Below, piece by piece: positions 32,599-43,801 of a stretch of DNA of 64,000 bases. The translations under genes were made by a program, and so were the position numbers. Source of the stretch: Candidatus Marinacidobacterales bacterium (GTDB taxonomy: Bacteria > Acidobacteriota > Vicinamibacteria > Marinacidobacterales > DATDRI01); NCBI GenBank assembly GCA_965219415.1, contig OZ244742.1, positions 1,120,001-1,184,000 of the forward strand, written 5' to 3'. The notes beneath the pieces are model-generated. The model worked only from the letters and a program-made list of their open reading frames with translations. It had not been told where the DNA came from and did not search any database. Each line of letters opens with the position of its first letter. Position 1 is the first letter of the stretch.

Positions 32599-34587
32599 GT
32601 GACTCGAAAAGATTCGTCGGCGCCCCGGAGCCCCTCCGCGCTCAGCCGATGGCTTTCGAAATACCCGCTGCTCACTCTGGCCACCCTCGGCTTCGGAGCG
32701 GCGGGTGTTCTACTCTGGCACTTCTCACGGCTGTCTTCCGAGCTGAGAGAGGCAGCGACGATAGAAAGTGCCGCCCGGTACTCCGAAGTGCTCGCCGAGT
32801 TTCGAACGATCTACACGTCGGAGGTGGTGTCTCGGCTACGACCTCAGGGCATCGAAGTCACTCACGACTACCGATCGAAAGAACGTGCCATCCCACTCCC
32901 CGCCACGCTGGCCTGATTCTTGGCGAACGAATCGGCAGAAATGGGTCCTCCGTCCGGGTGAGGCTCTATAGCGAATACCCTTTTCCGTGGCGTGAAGACG
33001 GGGGTCCGAGAAACGAGTTCGAACGGGCTGCCCTCGGCCATTTGAGGCGAACGCCGAACCGACCCTTCTTTCAATTCGCCGAGCTCCAGGGTCGACCCAC
33101 GCTGCAGTACGCAACGGCAGATCTCATGAGATCCCAGTGCATAGGTTGTCACAACTCCCACCCCGACAGTCCCAAAAGGGACTGGGCAGTGGGAGACGTG
33201 CGAGGCGTCCTCGAGGTCATCTTACCGATGGACAACGTGGAAGCGGTGGCTCGAACTGGGCTCAGAGGCACGTTGCTCCTGACATTGACCCTCATTCTGA
33301 CGGGCCTTGGTCTACTGGCCGTCGTAATCACCGGGCTCCGGCGCTCCTGGAAGATGGAGGAAAGACTGCAGGCACAACTGCGCCATTCTCAGAAGATGGA
33401 AACTATCGGAACGTTGGCGGGCGGCATCGCTCACGATTTCAATAACGTTCTGACTCCCATCCTCGGCTACGCGAACATGGCCCTTCGAGACACCCCTCCC
33501 GAAAGCCGCACCTATTCCGACATTCAGCACGTCGTCAGCGCCGGCAAACGCGCCAAAGAGCTCGTGAATCAGATTCTGACATTTAGTCGACGGACGGAGT
33601 GAGCCGGAGCGCAAACCGATCCAGATCGCACTCATCGTCACCGAGGCGCTGAAACTTCTCCGCTCTTCCCTGCCGTCCACGATCGAGTTCCGCCAAAACA
33701 TCGACCCGGATTGCGGTACTGTGCTTGCCGATGCGACCCAGATTCACCAGGTCCTTATGAATCTGTGCACTAACGCCTTTTTCGCCATGAGCGAGAACGG
33801 AGGGATGCTCGAAGTGAATCTGGATGTCGTGGAGTTCGACGACGAACTCGCGCGACCCCATCCCAAACTCGCTCTCGGACCTTATGTGAGGCTGACCGTC
33901 AGCGATTCCGGCCATGGAATGGATCCCGAGACCAGGGACCGCATCTTCGAACCGTTCTTTACGACCAAGGGCGTCGGCAAAGGGACCGGCCTCGGCCTTT
34001 CTGTAGTCCATGGAATCGTCGTGAACCACGGCGGCCAGATCACTGTATACAGCGAGCCCGGCTTGGGAACTACTTTCCACGTCTACTTGCCGCGCTCGGA
34101 GGCCCCGGCAGAGGAGCGAAAGGCGGCCCGCGTCCACCCGGAGGTCGTCATCACCGGCAGCGAACAGGTGTTGGTCGTGGATGATGACGAAGAGGTCGCT
34201 CGAATGGCGGAACAAATGCTGAAAAGGCTCGGTTACCGCGTAACGGCGTTCACCAACAGCGCCGAAGCCCGGGATACGTTCCTCGCCCACCCCGAGCGAT
34301 TCGACATCGTCATCACGGATCAGACGATGCCCCAGCTAACCGGCGTCGAACTGGCCAAGGAGCTGCTCGCCGCCCGGCCCGACCTACCCATCATTCTGAT
34401 TAGCGGTTTTAGCGAGCTCATCACTGGGGCGAAGATCAAGAAACTCGGGATTCGGCACTACCTCATGAAGCCCCTGGTCGGCGGCGAGCTTGCGGCTACG
34501 ATCAGACAAGTCCTAGATAAGGATGATGAAAGGGAAAAAACGAGACGCAAGAGGAGGGATGAGCGATGGCCCAAATTCTTGTTGTAG
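32599..34587 (+). pseudogene. Hybrid sensor kinase (heme c-binding DUF3365-like + HisKA + HATPase + REC), two frameshifts
   Basis: CIGCH heme motif, IAHDFNN, MNLCTNA, FEPFFTTK..GTGLGL, VVDDD..TDQTMP; breaks near 32910 and at ACGG x2 near 33590. Confidence 0.85.
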
Positions 34588-34922
34588 ACGACAACGACGA
34601 TATACGGGAAATGCTCCGGCAACTACTGGAACGCGCCGGCCATGATGTCTCCGACACCCACAACGCGGACGAGGCGTTACAGAGCTACCGAGACAAGCCG
34701 GCGGATCTCCTCATCGTCGATCTACTGATGCCAGATAAACAGGGCATGACCAGCATCCCGGAGTTCCTGCGGGAGTTCCCAGACGTTAAGATCATTGCGA
34801 TTTCGGGGGCCGGCCGGGAGTTTCTCGCCATCGTCAAGAAGCTCGGCGCCCAACGCGCATACACCAAGCCTTTGGAGCTCGATGAGCTGATGCAAGGCGT
34901 CCAAGAGCTCCTTGGCGATTGA
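34566..34922 (+). CDS. Single-domain response regulator
   Basis: ILVVDDN, VDLLMP, IIAISG, TKP. Confidence 0.9.
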   Translation: MAQILVVDDNDDIREMLRQLLERAGHDVSDTHNADEALQSYRDKPADLLIVDLLMPDKQGMTSIPEFLREFPDVKIIAISGAGREFLAIVKKLGAQRAYTKPLELDELMQGVQELLGD

Positions 34923-34932
34923 GGAGGAAGGA

Positions 34933-35391
34933 ATGCAACGAATGATTATACTCGTTTCGCTCATAGTCTTCGCAGCTTCCGCGGTCATCGCGCAGGAAGC
35001 CGATCAACAAGTCGCCGAAGAGATCATCGCCATCACGAAGGCGCAGTGGGCGGCCGAAAAGGAAAAGAACGTAGCGGAAGCGATGAAGAACGTCGCCGAC
35101 GAGTACACCGAGTTCAACCCCAACTCCCCGTTCCGCGTCGATGGGAAGGCGTTGGCTGTCCAAATCCAAGAGGTCCTCTCCACCGGAAACGGCAGATCGG
35201 TCTTGGCCGAGATGGCCAATGAGAAGGTCCAGGTCTATGGGGACGTCGCGATCCTCACCTACAACTATTTCGGCGCGGTCAAGGACGAGAACGGCAACAT
35301 TCAGCAAACACCCGCCAAGTCGACTCGTGTCTACGCGAAGAAGAACGGAAAGTGGATGCTCGTCCACGCCAACTTTGCGGTCGCAAATTGA
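34933..35391 (+). CDS. Secreted NTF2-like (DUF4440/SnoaL) protein
   Basis: RBS GAGGAAGG, signal peptide, VQVYGDVAILTY, TRVYAKKNGKWMLVH. Confidence 0.8.
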   Translation: MQRMIILVSLIVFAASAVIAQEADQQVAEEIIAITKAQWAAEKEKNVAEAMKNVADEYTEFNPNSPFRVDGKALAVQIQEVLSTGNGRSVLAEMANEKVQVYGDVAILTYNYFGAVKDENGNIQQTPAKSTRVYAKKNGKWMLVHANFAVAN

Positions 35392-35402
35392 GAGGACAAC
35401 TT

Positions 35403-35912
35403 CTACGAGCAGGACCGGTAAACAAGCATTCCCAAAACCCCGGCCACCACCCCCAGAAGGAGCGTGATCACAGTCTTGGTCCTCGACGTTCCCCCTTGCG
35501 CCTGGGTTGAGATCATCTCGCCGAAGGATGCGGCTTTGACTTGCTCATCCAATTGTTCGACAACGGCGATGGCCTGCTCGGTGGGTTTGACGTACCTCTT
35601 CACTCCGCTCTGAACGTCCCACATCTGGACCATGACGTACTGCAGACGAGCTAGTGAAGACAAAATGTCGTGAAACTCTGTCCCCAGCACCTTGCCGGCT
35701 GCAACGTCGTAACCGACATCCGCCGCTAATTGCGGCTCTTGGACCCACCCGTGTTTTTCGATCTTCCTCCCCCCGGGACTCTCGAGGCGAGAGCCATCCG
35801 CGCCTCTTGGGCTTGTGTCGGTGGGGCGGTGAAAGTTGACGAGAATCGTCAGGACTCTTTTCTCGTCCGGAGTTAGTTTGTCCGTCACGACATGCTCTCG
35901 AGGAATCCTCAC
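35403..35912 (-). CDS. Hypothetical protein with C-terminal membrane anchor
   Basis: 169-aa ORF with hydrophobic tail; its GTG overlaps the stop of the read-through rhodanese gene. Confidence 0.6.
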   Translation of the reverse strand: MRIPREHVVTDKLTPDEKRVLTILVNFHRPTDTSPRGADGSRLESPGGRKIEKHGWVQEPQLAADVGYDVAAGKVLGTEFHDILSSLARLQYVMVQMWDVQSGVKRYVKPTEQAIAVVEQLDEQVKAASFGEMISTQAQGGTSRTKTVITLLLGVVAGVLGMLVYRSCS

Positions 35913-36406
35913 GGATTCATTTTAATGGGCACCCCGAGCCCCGTCTCCACCGGATGGCCCCCTAGATCCCATGCACCGAAACCACCTTTCAGCGCCGAAA
36001 CATTCGCGAATCCTGCCGTCTTGAGCACAAGCGCCGCACGGGCGCTAATCTCTTCGGCCTGTCACGTGCAGTAGGTGACAATCGAAGCATCGCGACTGAT
36101 CTCTGGAACGCGTTTGCCGAGATCGTTAAGGGGAATGGAGATAGCTCCGGGAATGTGTCCTCGCAGGAAGCTGTCTCGGTTCCGCACATCGATGACTATA
36201 ACGTTGGGCTCTTTTGGCCTTTCGAGGAGGGACAGGAAATCTTCGAGCGAGATTCGTGCAATGTCCGTCTTGCCGAACTCCTTGTTGCGCTCGACCGATC
36301 GCGGTTCTTCAGAAACAGCGGGGACGCGAGCATCGGAGGGCGGCCCCTCGCAAGCCGCGGCCAGCAGAAGCGACGCAAGAATCACAAGCGATCCGTAGGC
36401 CTTCAC
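35909..36406 (-). CDS. Rhodanese-domain lipoprotein, putative selenoprotein (in-frame TGA 36064-36062)
   Basis: LAAAC lipobox, IDVR..GHIPGA, IVTYCT-TGA-QAEEISARAA..GFANVSALKGGFGAW. Confidence 0.8.
36023..36052 (-). promoter_or_regulatory. SECIS-like stem-loop
   Basis: AGCGCC-CGTGC-GGCGCT with loop about 21 nt after the UGA. Confidence 0.55.
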
Positions 36407-36519
36407 ATTGTCCTTCCTTGTCCTTCCTTCGGTTTGTGGAGTTGGTCGGGAAACGGGTAGCTCCCCCTCAAGAAATTATACGCGAATCTGGCCTTTCGAG
36501 CGATCGGGAGCCCTGTGGA

Positions 36520-36554
36520 TTGACATTGGAAGGCGGTGGGTCTAGCCTACCGCC
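36520..36554 (+). promoter_or_regulatory. Sigma-70-like promoter overlapped by an inverted repeat
   Basis: TTGACA-17 bp-TAGCCT; GGCGGTGGG-TCTAG-CCTACCGCC. Confidence 0.4.
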
Positions 36555-36637
36555 CAGCGTTCTAAAAGCCTCCCTCATTCCAGCCGGTTACAAGGAGGCA
36601 TCTAATAAGAAAATACCCTTTCATGCGGGGGAAATCA

Positions 36638-37140
36638 TGACGAAATGTGAATTCTTATTGACCGCGGGGGCGCTGCTCGCCGTTATTGCCTGCGGCCCCC
36701 CGCCCGTCCCGCCACCCGAAGCGACACCCGAGATCGACATCGAAGCAGAAAGAGCCGCGCTGACCGAAGCCGCCAACCGCTATAACGAGAGCGGCCATTC
36801 GATGGACATCGACGCTATGGCATCCCTTTACGCAAGCGACGCTTTGGTGATGCCTCCCAACATGGAGACGCAGGAAGGGGCGGAAGGAGTCCGCGAGTTC
36901 CTGACCGCCTTCAAGGAGCTCCCCGGTTTCGAGGTCAGCTTCGGAACGCCGACCGTCGTGGTATCCAAGGGAGCCGACATGGGCTACACGCTCGCCGATA
37001 TCGAGCTCTCGTTCGACGGCCCGGATGGAAAGCCGGTGAGCTCGCGGGAACGTGATTTCCATCTTTGGAGAAAACAGGCAGACGGTTCTTGGAAGATTGT
37101 CGTTGACATTTGGAACTCGCCGGTTCCCGCAGGCGAGTAG
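36638..37140 (+). CDS. NTF2-like (DUF4440/YybH) lipoprotein
   Basis: VIAC lipobox, MASLYASDA..PPN, WRKQADGSWKIVVDIWNS. Confidence 0.85.
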
Positions 37141-37170
37141 CAGAAGTTGCGAACTGATAAAAGGAGGGGC

Positions 37171-37445
37171 ATGAGGAGCTCCTCTTCGTTGCTGTCTTCC
37201 CTTGTGCTGTTCTTGGTGTGTTCGTCTGCAGTGCCGCCCGTTCCTTCCATCGACCTCGAAGCCGAGAACGGGCGGCGCTCCACGAAGCGGCCGACGCGTT
37301 CCAGGAGGCTGCCCCGTCGATGGATGTCGAGACGTTTCAACGCGTCAGAGAATTCCACCTCTGGAAGAAACAGGACGACGACTCCTGGAAGATCGCTATC
37401 GATATCTGGAACTCGGGGACTCCCCCACTAACACAGGGCCAATGA
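37171..37445 (+). pseudogene. Internally deleted paralog of the preceding lipoprotein gene
   Basis: IDLEAE(R)AALHEAA..SMDVET joined directly to REFHLWKKQDDDSWKIAIDIWNS. Confidence 0.75.
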
Positions 37446-37457
37446 AAATCACAGAGC

Positions 37458-39128
37458 ATGGGAGATGTCGTGTCTATGACAAGCAAAGTGGGAAGCCTGA
37501 TCATGCTGGCGGCGGTCTTCGCCGCAGGAGCGAGCAGGGCGGAGGAAAGCCCAATGGCCGGCGGCTACGATGACCTGGTAGCGCTGTTTGAAGACTGGCG
37601 GCAGTTCGAAGAACCGCCCTTGCTCGACGGGGCGCCTGACTACACGGCGGAACGATTCGCCGCGGCCTATGCAAAACTTGCGGATTACCAGGGTCGCCTG
37701 AAGGCGATCGACGCAAGTGGTTGGCCCATCGAGCAACAGGTCGACTGGCACATCGTGCGCGCCGAAATGAACGGATTCGACTTCAACCACCGCGTGCTCA
37801 AACCGTGGGTGCGTGATCCGGCGTTTTACCAATCAGTGTGGACCGAGAAGAGTGACGTCCCGGCGCACGAAGGACCGACTCACCACGCGGTGCTGGAACT
37901 GTGGACCTACGAATTTCCGCTGTCCGCCGGCGAAGAGCAGCGCCTGATCGGTGATCTGCGGGTGATTCCGCCACTCATGACACAGGCACGTGGCAATCTG
38001 ACCGGCAATGCGCGCGATCTTTGGGTAGCCGGCATCCGAAACATCGAGGGACAGCGAGCGAATCTCGATCTGATCGTCGGGAAAGTAGGGCCGGATGCGA
38101 GCGCCGAGCTAGAAAAGGCGCTAAAGGCCGCCAAAACGGCGACCGACGAGCTCGTCGCCTGGCTCGAAGAGCAGGCACCGTCCAAGACCGGGCCCTCCGG
38201 CATCGGCAAAGACAATTACACTTGGTACCAGCAGAACGTCCATCTCGTCCCGATGACTTGGGAAGATGAAGTTCGTTTGCTGAAACGAGAACTAGACCGT
38301 GCCTGGTCGTCCCTGCGCCTCGAAGAGCAGCGCAACCGTGACTTGCCGCAGCTGGTCGCCGCTTCGACGCCGGAGGAATACGATCGCCGCGCCGATGAAG
38401 CGGCGACGAAGTTCATCAAGTTCCTGCGAGAACAAGAAATTCTAACGGTGAAAGACTATATGGATCCGGCTCTGCGGGAACACCTCGGTCATTTTGTTCC
38501 CGAGGAAGAACGGAATTTCTTTCGGATCGCGATGCACTACGATCCCCTGTCCCTCTATACACATTTCTATCACTGGTTCGATCTGGCACAAATGCGCGAT
38601 GAACCGCACAAGAGCCTGATTCGACGAGCCCCTCTGCTTTACAATATTTTCGACAGCCGAAACGAGGGCACCGCGACCGGAGTCGAGGAAATGTTCATGC
38701 ACGCCGGGCTCTACGACGATAACCTGCGTTCGCGCGAGATCGTCTGGATCCTGCTCGCACAACGTGCCGCCCGTGGTCTCGGTTCACTCTACGCGCACGC
38801 CAACGAGATGACCATGGCGGAAGCGGGGACGGTCCATGTCGAATGGACGCCGCGGGGTTGGATGAGCGCCGAGCTCGACCTCCTCAAGTTCGAACAGCAG
38901 CTCTATTTACGCCAGCCTGGTTACGGCACGAGCTATGTCACCGGGAAATACTTGCTCGAGCGACTCATGGGCGAGTACAGCAAGGAACTCGAAGCGCGCG
39001 GCGAAGAGTTTGTCATGGCTGATTTCTTCGATGAGCTCAACGACGCTGGCAGTGTCCCCATCTCACTGGTTCGCTGGCAAATGACCGGTCGCGACGACGA
39101 GATCAAGATGATGATGGGTGAGGACTAG
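37458..39128 (+). CDS. Secreted DUF885-like protein
   Basis: Signal peptide, [34 protein letters not shown]. Confidence 0.7.
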   Translation: MGDVVSMTSKVGSLIMLAAVFAAGASRAEESPMAGGYDDLVALFEDWRQFEEPPLLDGAPDYTAERFAAAYAKLADYQGRLKAIDASGWPIEQQVDWHIVRAEMNGFDFNHRVLKPWVRDPAFYQSVWTEKSDVPAHEGPTHHAVLELWTYEFPLSAGEEQRLIGDLRVIPPLMTQARGNLTGNARDLWVAGIRNIEGQRANLDLIVGKVGPDASAELEKALKAAKTATDELVAWLEEQAPSKTGPSGIGKDNYTWYQQNVHLVPMTWEDEVRLLKRELDRAWSSLRLEEQRNRDLPQLVAASTPEEYDRRADEAATKFIKFLREQEILTVKDYMDPALREHLGHFVPEEERNFFRIAMHYDPLSLYTHFYHWFDLAQMRDEPHKSLIRRAPLLYNIFDSRNEGTATGVEEMFMHAGLYDDNLRSREIVWILLAQRAARGLGSLYAHANEMTMAEAGTVHVEWTPRGWMSAELDLLKFEQQLYLRQPGYGTSYVTGKYLLERLMGEYSKELEARGEEFVMADFFDELNDAGSVPISLVRWQMTGRDDEIKMMMGED

Positions 39129-39152
39129 CTCGAGAGAAAGCTCGACACTCTG

Positions 39153-40133
39153 GTGCGCGATTTTCCGGTCATCGATATCTCCACACTCCATGGCGCCGGA
39201 CCGGCCCGGACCGCGCTGGCCCGACAGATCGATACCGTCTGTCGCGACATCGGCTTCGTTGCGGTGACCGGACACGCCGTGCCCGGCGATATCCTTGACG
39301 ACATGCGGGCGGTGACGCGAGCCTTCTTCGATTCGCCTGTGGAGAAGAAGCTCGAGGTCAAAATGCCGTATGCGGGATACCCCTACGGTTACGCACCCTT
39401 CCAAGCCGAGGCTCTGGCAAAGTCGCGAGGGCACGAAACGCCGCCGGACCTCAAGGAAACGTTCAGTATCGGCCCGATTCATCTACCAGAAGGAGATATC
39501 CGCAACGAGGAAGACGCATTCCGCTTCGCGCGCACGCAATGGCCCCGCGAGCCCGAGGCATTTCGTGCGATTTGGACCCGCTACTTCGACGCGTTGGCGG
39601 AGTTGTCCCGTGTCGTGATGAGGGCGTTCGCACTAGCGCTGGATCTCCCCGAGGATTTCTTCGAGGACAAGATCGACCGCCACGGTAGCGCCCTCCGGGC
39701 CCTCGACTACCCGCAGCTTCGCGCGACGCCTTTGCCAGGCCAGTTCCGTGCCGGTCCACATTCTGACTACGGGAGCCTGACCATCTTGCTGCCCGAGGAC
39801 GGCTCCAGCGGACTCGAGATTCAAACCGCGGATGGCAGCTGGCGCGAGGTGCCTCCGGTTCCCGGCGCGTTCATCGTAAACATCGGCGACTTGATGGCGC
39901 GATGGACCAACGACCGCTGGGTATCGACGATGCATCGGGTGGTCGGCTCGGCCGACGGAGGTTGGCGCCGCCGTCGGTCGATCGCTTTCTTCCACCTCCC
40001 GAACTGGGACGCGTCGATCACTTGCCTGCCCAGCTGCGTGGCCGATGGCGACGAGCCTAAGTATCCGCCCGTTGTCTCGGGCCCGTATTTGATGCAGAAG
40101 TTTCGGAGTACCCTGCTCAGCCGCAATGGTTGA
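39153..40133 (+). CDS. 2OG-Fe(II) dioxygenase, isopenicillin N synthase family
   Basis: FPVIDIS, HSDYGSLT, NIGDLMARWTND..HRV, RRSIAFF. Confidence 0.92.
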   Translation: MRDFPVIDISTLHGAGPARTALARQIDTVCRDIGFVAVTGHAVPGDILDDMRAVTRAFFDSPVEKKLEVKMPYAGYPYGYAPFQAEALAKSRGHETPPDLKETFSIGPIHLPEGDIRNEEDAFRFARTQWPREPEAFRAIWTRYFDALAELSRVVMRAFALALDLPEDFFEDKIDRHGSALRALDYPQLRATPLPGQFRAGPHSDYGSLTILLPEDGSSGLEIQTADGSWREVPPVPGAFIVNIGDLMARWTNDRWVSTMHRVVGSADGGWRRRRSIAFFHLPNWDASITCLPSCVADGDEPKYPPVVSGPYLMQKFRSTLLSRNG

Positions 40134-40205
40134 GCTCGCCGCCAGCCCTTGGTCGTGTGAAGAATCGCCAACCTCGTGCGACAATGAGGTATAGCGCTCA
40201 AATCC

Positions 40206-40724
40206 ATGGCCTTCAAAGGACGACTCGAGACCACGCCGCTGTTGGAGCTCATCCAGCTCCTCGCCTATTCGCGAAAGAGCGGCATCTTGATGGTGGAGGC
40301 CAAAGAAACGAGAAGACTGGTGATCTTCCAAGAGGGAAACGTCGTTTGTACCTACAGCCCGACTACCCATTCGTTGCTGCTCAAGGCCTCCAAGGAAACG
40401 GACCCGGACCGTCGCTTGTCGCTGCGGCGGATCCAAGCCTTGATTTCACTGGGGGAGCTCTTCGACCAGGCAGAGGGAGACTATCACTTTGTCAGGGGGT
40501 CGAAGCCGGTGGCCAAATTGCAAGACCTCAGCATCAAAGTTTTCTACGACGACGGGGCTTTGGATTCCGGTGACTTGCTGGTGGCGTTGGAGAGGACGAT
40601 GTCGGCCGAAGATCCACAAGTGGCCCGGGCCGCACCGTTGCCCGAGCAGGATTATTCCGATCAACGGCGCCACCCTCGCTACGCCCCGATCATCATCAAA
40701 GGTGAGCTCGTGGTGTCGGGTAGG
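40206..40724 (+). pseudogene. DUF4388-domain protein truncated by an IS256 end
   Basis: MAFKGRLETTPLLELIQLL..KSGIL; QRRHPR (PilZ-like start) just before the break. Confidence 0.75.
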
Positions 40725-40973
40725 TGCATTAGACCAAGGGGGACCAACGAACGGATCATCTCTACCTTGGCGTCCAGCGCGAGTTCCCCGTAATCCTCGT
40801 GCCTCACCATCTCGACCTCACCCAAACGACGCGACTTCTTGCGTTTCTTGACCGAACGTAGCAGACTTCCCATCTCGGCTCCTTTCTTCGCGGCTTGATT
40901 TTGTTTTGTCCAACGCCATCAAACCACGGGGTTTGGAGCCGTTTCAATTCCCAACTAAGATTGGCACACTTTC
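40725..40973 (-). mobile_element. Left-end fragment of the IS256 found at 45404-46837
   Basis: About 250 bp nearly identical to 46589-46837. Confidence 0.92.
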
Positions 40974-41224
40974 CTGCTTTCTGGCGGGTAAGTCCGTGTT
41001 TAGAATATGAACGCTTGGCTTTGTGTTGGTGTTTTGCAGGTTGGAGCGGGGACAGTTCGGGGACAGTCATGAATCCATGGTAGCGCAATCAATAAGTTAC
41101 CGCAGCACTTTGGATTGGAAATCCTCGGCGTCGGTTAGGCGCGTAGGAGTGAGAGCGAGACTCATGAGGTAGAATCCAAGAGCGAGAGTCTCTGGTGGGG
41201 GGAATGAATGTCGAGGCAACAGGG

Positions 41225-42593
41225 GGATGTGTGCCGAGGTCCGTGGAAAAAGAACGGTGCCCTCCACTCCGTCATCAGAGTATCATATCAGGCGGCAACC
41301 TCTGCGTGTTCGAGAACCTCGCTCAGACGTTGGTAGCCGTCGATGCGTCGTAGTTGAATCTGGCCAGAGGCGATAAGCCCAAACAGCAAAGCGACCGCGG
41401 ACTCCTCGCTGGAGAACGACGCTTGGGTTTTCGTCCGGCGTCGAAACTCGCGGTTGAGATTCTCCAGAGCTTTGGTCGTTCGAAACGATTTCCACATGGC
41501 ACGAGGGAATTCGTAGAAGGTCAGCAGCTGATTACCGGCCTCCTCTAGGCTTCGGACGACGGCCGGCGCGAGAGGCGTCCACTTGGCGACGAGCTCGTCA
41601 TAGGCTTTGCGAGCATCGAACCCGTTCTTGGCGTAGACGATCCGGTTGTAGTCACGCCGGAGCTCACGGCGTGCGTGCGCCGGGCAATGTTGGAGCAAGT
41701 TGGCGTGCTTGTGCTCGGTACATCGCTGCAACCGGCACCCCGGCCACTTCTCCAGCGCTTTCGTCAGCCCCTTGTGGCCGTCGCTGATCACTAGCTTGGG
41801 AGCCCGGAGTCCTCGAGCCTGGAGTCCCTCCAGCACGGAGCCCCAATGCGTCGAGGCTTCGCTCACCGCCAGACGCAATGACAACAGACGTTTGTGCCCG
41901 TCTGGCGCGACCCCGAGCGCGGCCAGTACGGGTACGCTGATCACACGTTTCGCCATCCGCACTTTCAGGTGGAAGCCGTCCAGGTAAACGATCGCGTAGA
42001 CCTCCTCGCTGAGAGCACGGTTCTGCCATTCCTCGAAGCGCTCCTTCAGCCGGCTAACCACGCGAGACACCGCGCTCTTCGATAGGTGCTCCTCACCGAG
42101 CAGTGGTTTCAGCGCTTTGCGGACCCGGCGGGCTATTCGCGCCCGACAAGTACGTCCCCAAGATCGCCTCGTCGACCTCACGAGTCCGGCGCGGCGTACC
42201 GGGGCAACAGCTCGCTCCTGAACTCTGTCGTCTCTCCCGTTTCCTCGTCTCGCACGCGGGCTCGTGGCACCCGGAGCTCGCGAGTTCCCACCGACGTCGT
42301 CACGCGACGGGTTTCGGCTCCGTTGCGATATCCACGGCGGTCTTCCGCACGCTCGTAGCTACCACACCCCAGCGCTTGGTTGACTTCTTCCTCGAGCACG
42401 ACCTCGATCGCCTCCAGTACCCGCTTACGCAGCCGAAGTTGGACGAACTCCCGGTACTCGCTTACAGACTCCTTCGATATGGTGGTAGGCTTTTTCATGG
42501 CGTAATCCTCCTCCTCGCCTTTCCAGGCGCGGTTTCGTTTTGCTTAACCGGAGGTTACGCCATTCTTATTTCCACGGGAAGCGGGACGGATCC
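41225..42593 (-). mobile_element. IS256-family element, transposase (41288-42498) doubly frameshifted
   Basis: Imperfect IRs GGAT..CCGTGGAAA; 8-bp target duplication CAACAGGG (41217-41224 and 42594-42601); GYRNG, YLDG, ISDGHKG, QRCTEHK, LENLNREFRRR. Confidence 0.9.
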
Positions 42594-42937
42594 CAACAGG
42601 GCTACCGCTGGCAACCCTTTATCCTCTTATAAAGCCGCCCTCCGCCCGATAACAGCTCCGGCCATCACTCACCCCACGCTACAATCCATTGCAAACAAGT
42701 CACCTGGAGTCACTTGAAAACCTCCCACCGACCCGATTAGAAAGTCGCACCCGCTTTGTACACGTGCTATAAGGCAAGTGATCGATGGAACCTTCCAATA
42801 ACTGTTGAACTAAACCGCTTCGCGGTAGTCTTTTACGCCACCAACCGAGTCGTTTGCGTAAGGACATGCAAAAGGCTCCCCTCGTGAACTAGGGTGTTCG
42901 AGCCAATGAATCAACCCGTTCACGAAAGGAGCCAAGT

Positions 42938-43801
42938 ATGTCTAGCATACTACGAACCCGGATGATCGAGGATCTCCGGATCCGCAACTATTCCCAGCGA
43001 ACGATTGAGTGCTACGTGAGCCACGTAGCGCGATTCGCGGATTACTTTCGCCTCTCGCAGGAGAAGTTGAGCGCCGAGCACATTCGAAGATACCAGCTTT
43101 TCCTGGTGGAGGAGAGGAAAGCGTCCTGGTCGATGTTCAACCAGGCGGTCTGTGCATTGCGCTTTTTGTACTGTGTGACCTTGGGAGGAGCGGTCACAGT
43201 GGAGCAGATACCTTACGCGAAAAGGGAGCAGAGGTTGCCCGAGGTATTGAGCGCGAAAGAGCTGGGACGTTTTTTCTGCAAGGTAAAGAATCTAAAGTAC
43301 CGGACCATCCTGAAGACCATGTACTCGTCAGGGCTTCGTCTGTCAGAGGCATTGCACCTGAGGGCGGGCGACATCGACAGCGAGCGGATGGTGATCCGTG
43401 TGAAGCAGGGAAAGGGTCGTAAGGATCGCTATGTAGAGCTGACGCCAACGCTTGTAGAGCAGCAGCGTGATTACTGGCGGGAGTATCGTCCAAAGAGGTG
43501 GTTGTTTGAAGCGGAGAGCCAGGAGACTCCCGTGACGCCGTCGCCTGTCCAGAAGACTTGTCGTTTAGCGGCCTTGAAGGCGGGACTGAGAAAACGGGTG
43601 ACGACGCAGACGATGCGTCATTGCTACGCGACGCATCAGTTGGAAGCGGGCACGAATCTACGGACGCTCCAACTACGGTTGGGTCACAGCAGTCTGAACA
43701 CGACAGCGATCTACCTTCACGTGGCGGCGGGGGCATCTCAGATGAAGCGTGAAGTGGTGGATCTGCTCGAGAACGTTTCGGAGGCCGACGAGCTCAAGTG
43801 A
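42938..43801 (+). CDS. Tyrosine recombinase paired with an IS91-type transposase
   Basis: SAM-like N-terminus LRIRNYSQRT, GLRLSE, QTMRHCYATH, LGHSSLNTTAIY. Confidence 0.92.
   Translation: MSSILRTRMIEDLRIRNYSQRTIECYVSHVARFADYFRLSQEKLSAEHIRRYQLFLVEERKASWSMFNQAVCALRFLYCVTLGGAVTVEQIPYAKREQRLPEVLSAKELGRFFCKVKNLKYRTILKTMYSSGLRLSEALHLRAGDIDSERMVIRVKQGKGRKDRYVELTPTLVEQQRDYWREYRPKRWLFEAESQETPVTPSPVQKTCRLAALKAGLRKRVTTQTMRHCYATHQLEAGTNLRTLQLRLGHSSLNTTAIYLHVAAGASQMKREVVDLLENVSEADELK

Noticed and set aside
41229-41245. GTGCCGAGG as the second att copy of tRNA-Phe
   Set aside because: It lies inside the IS256 inverted repeat defined by the CAACAGGG duplication
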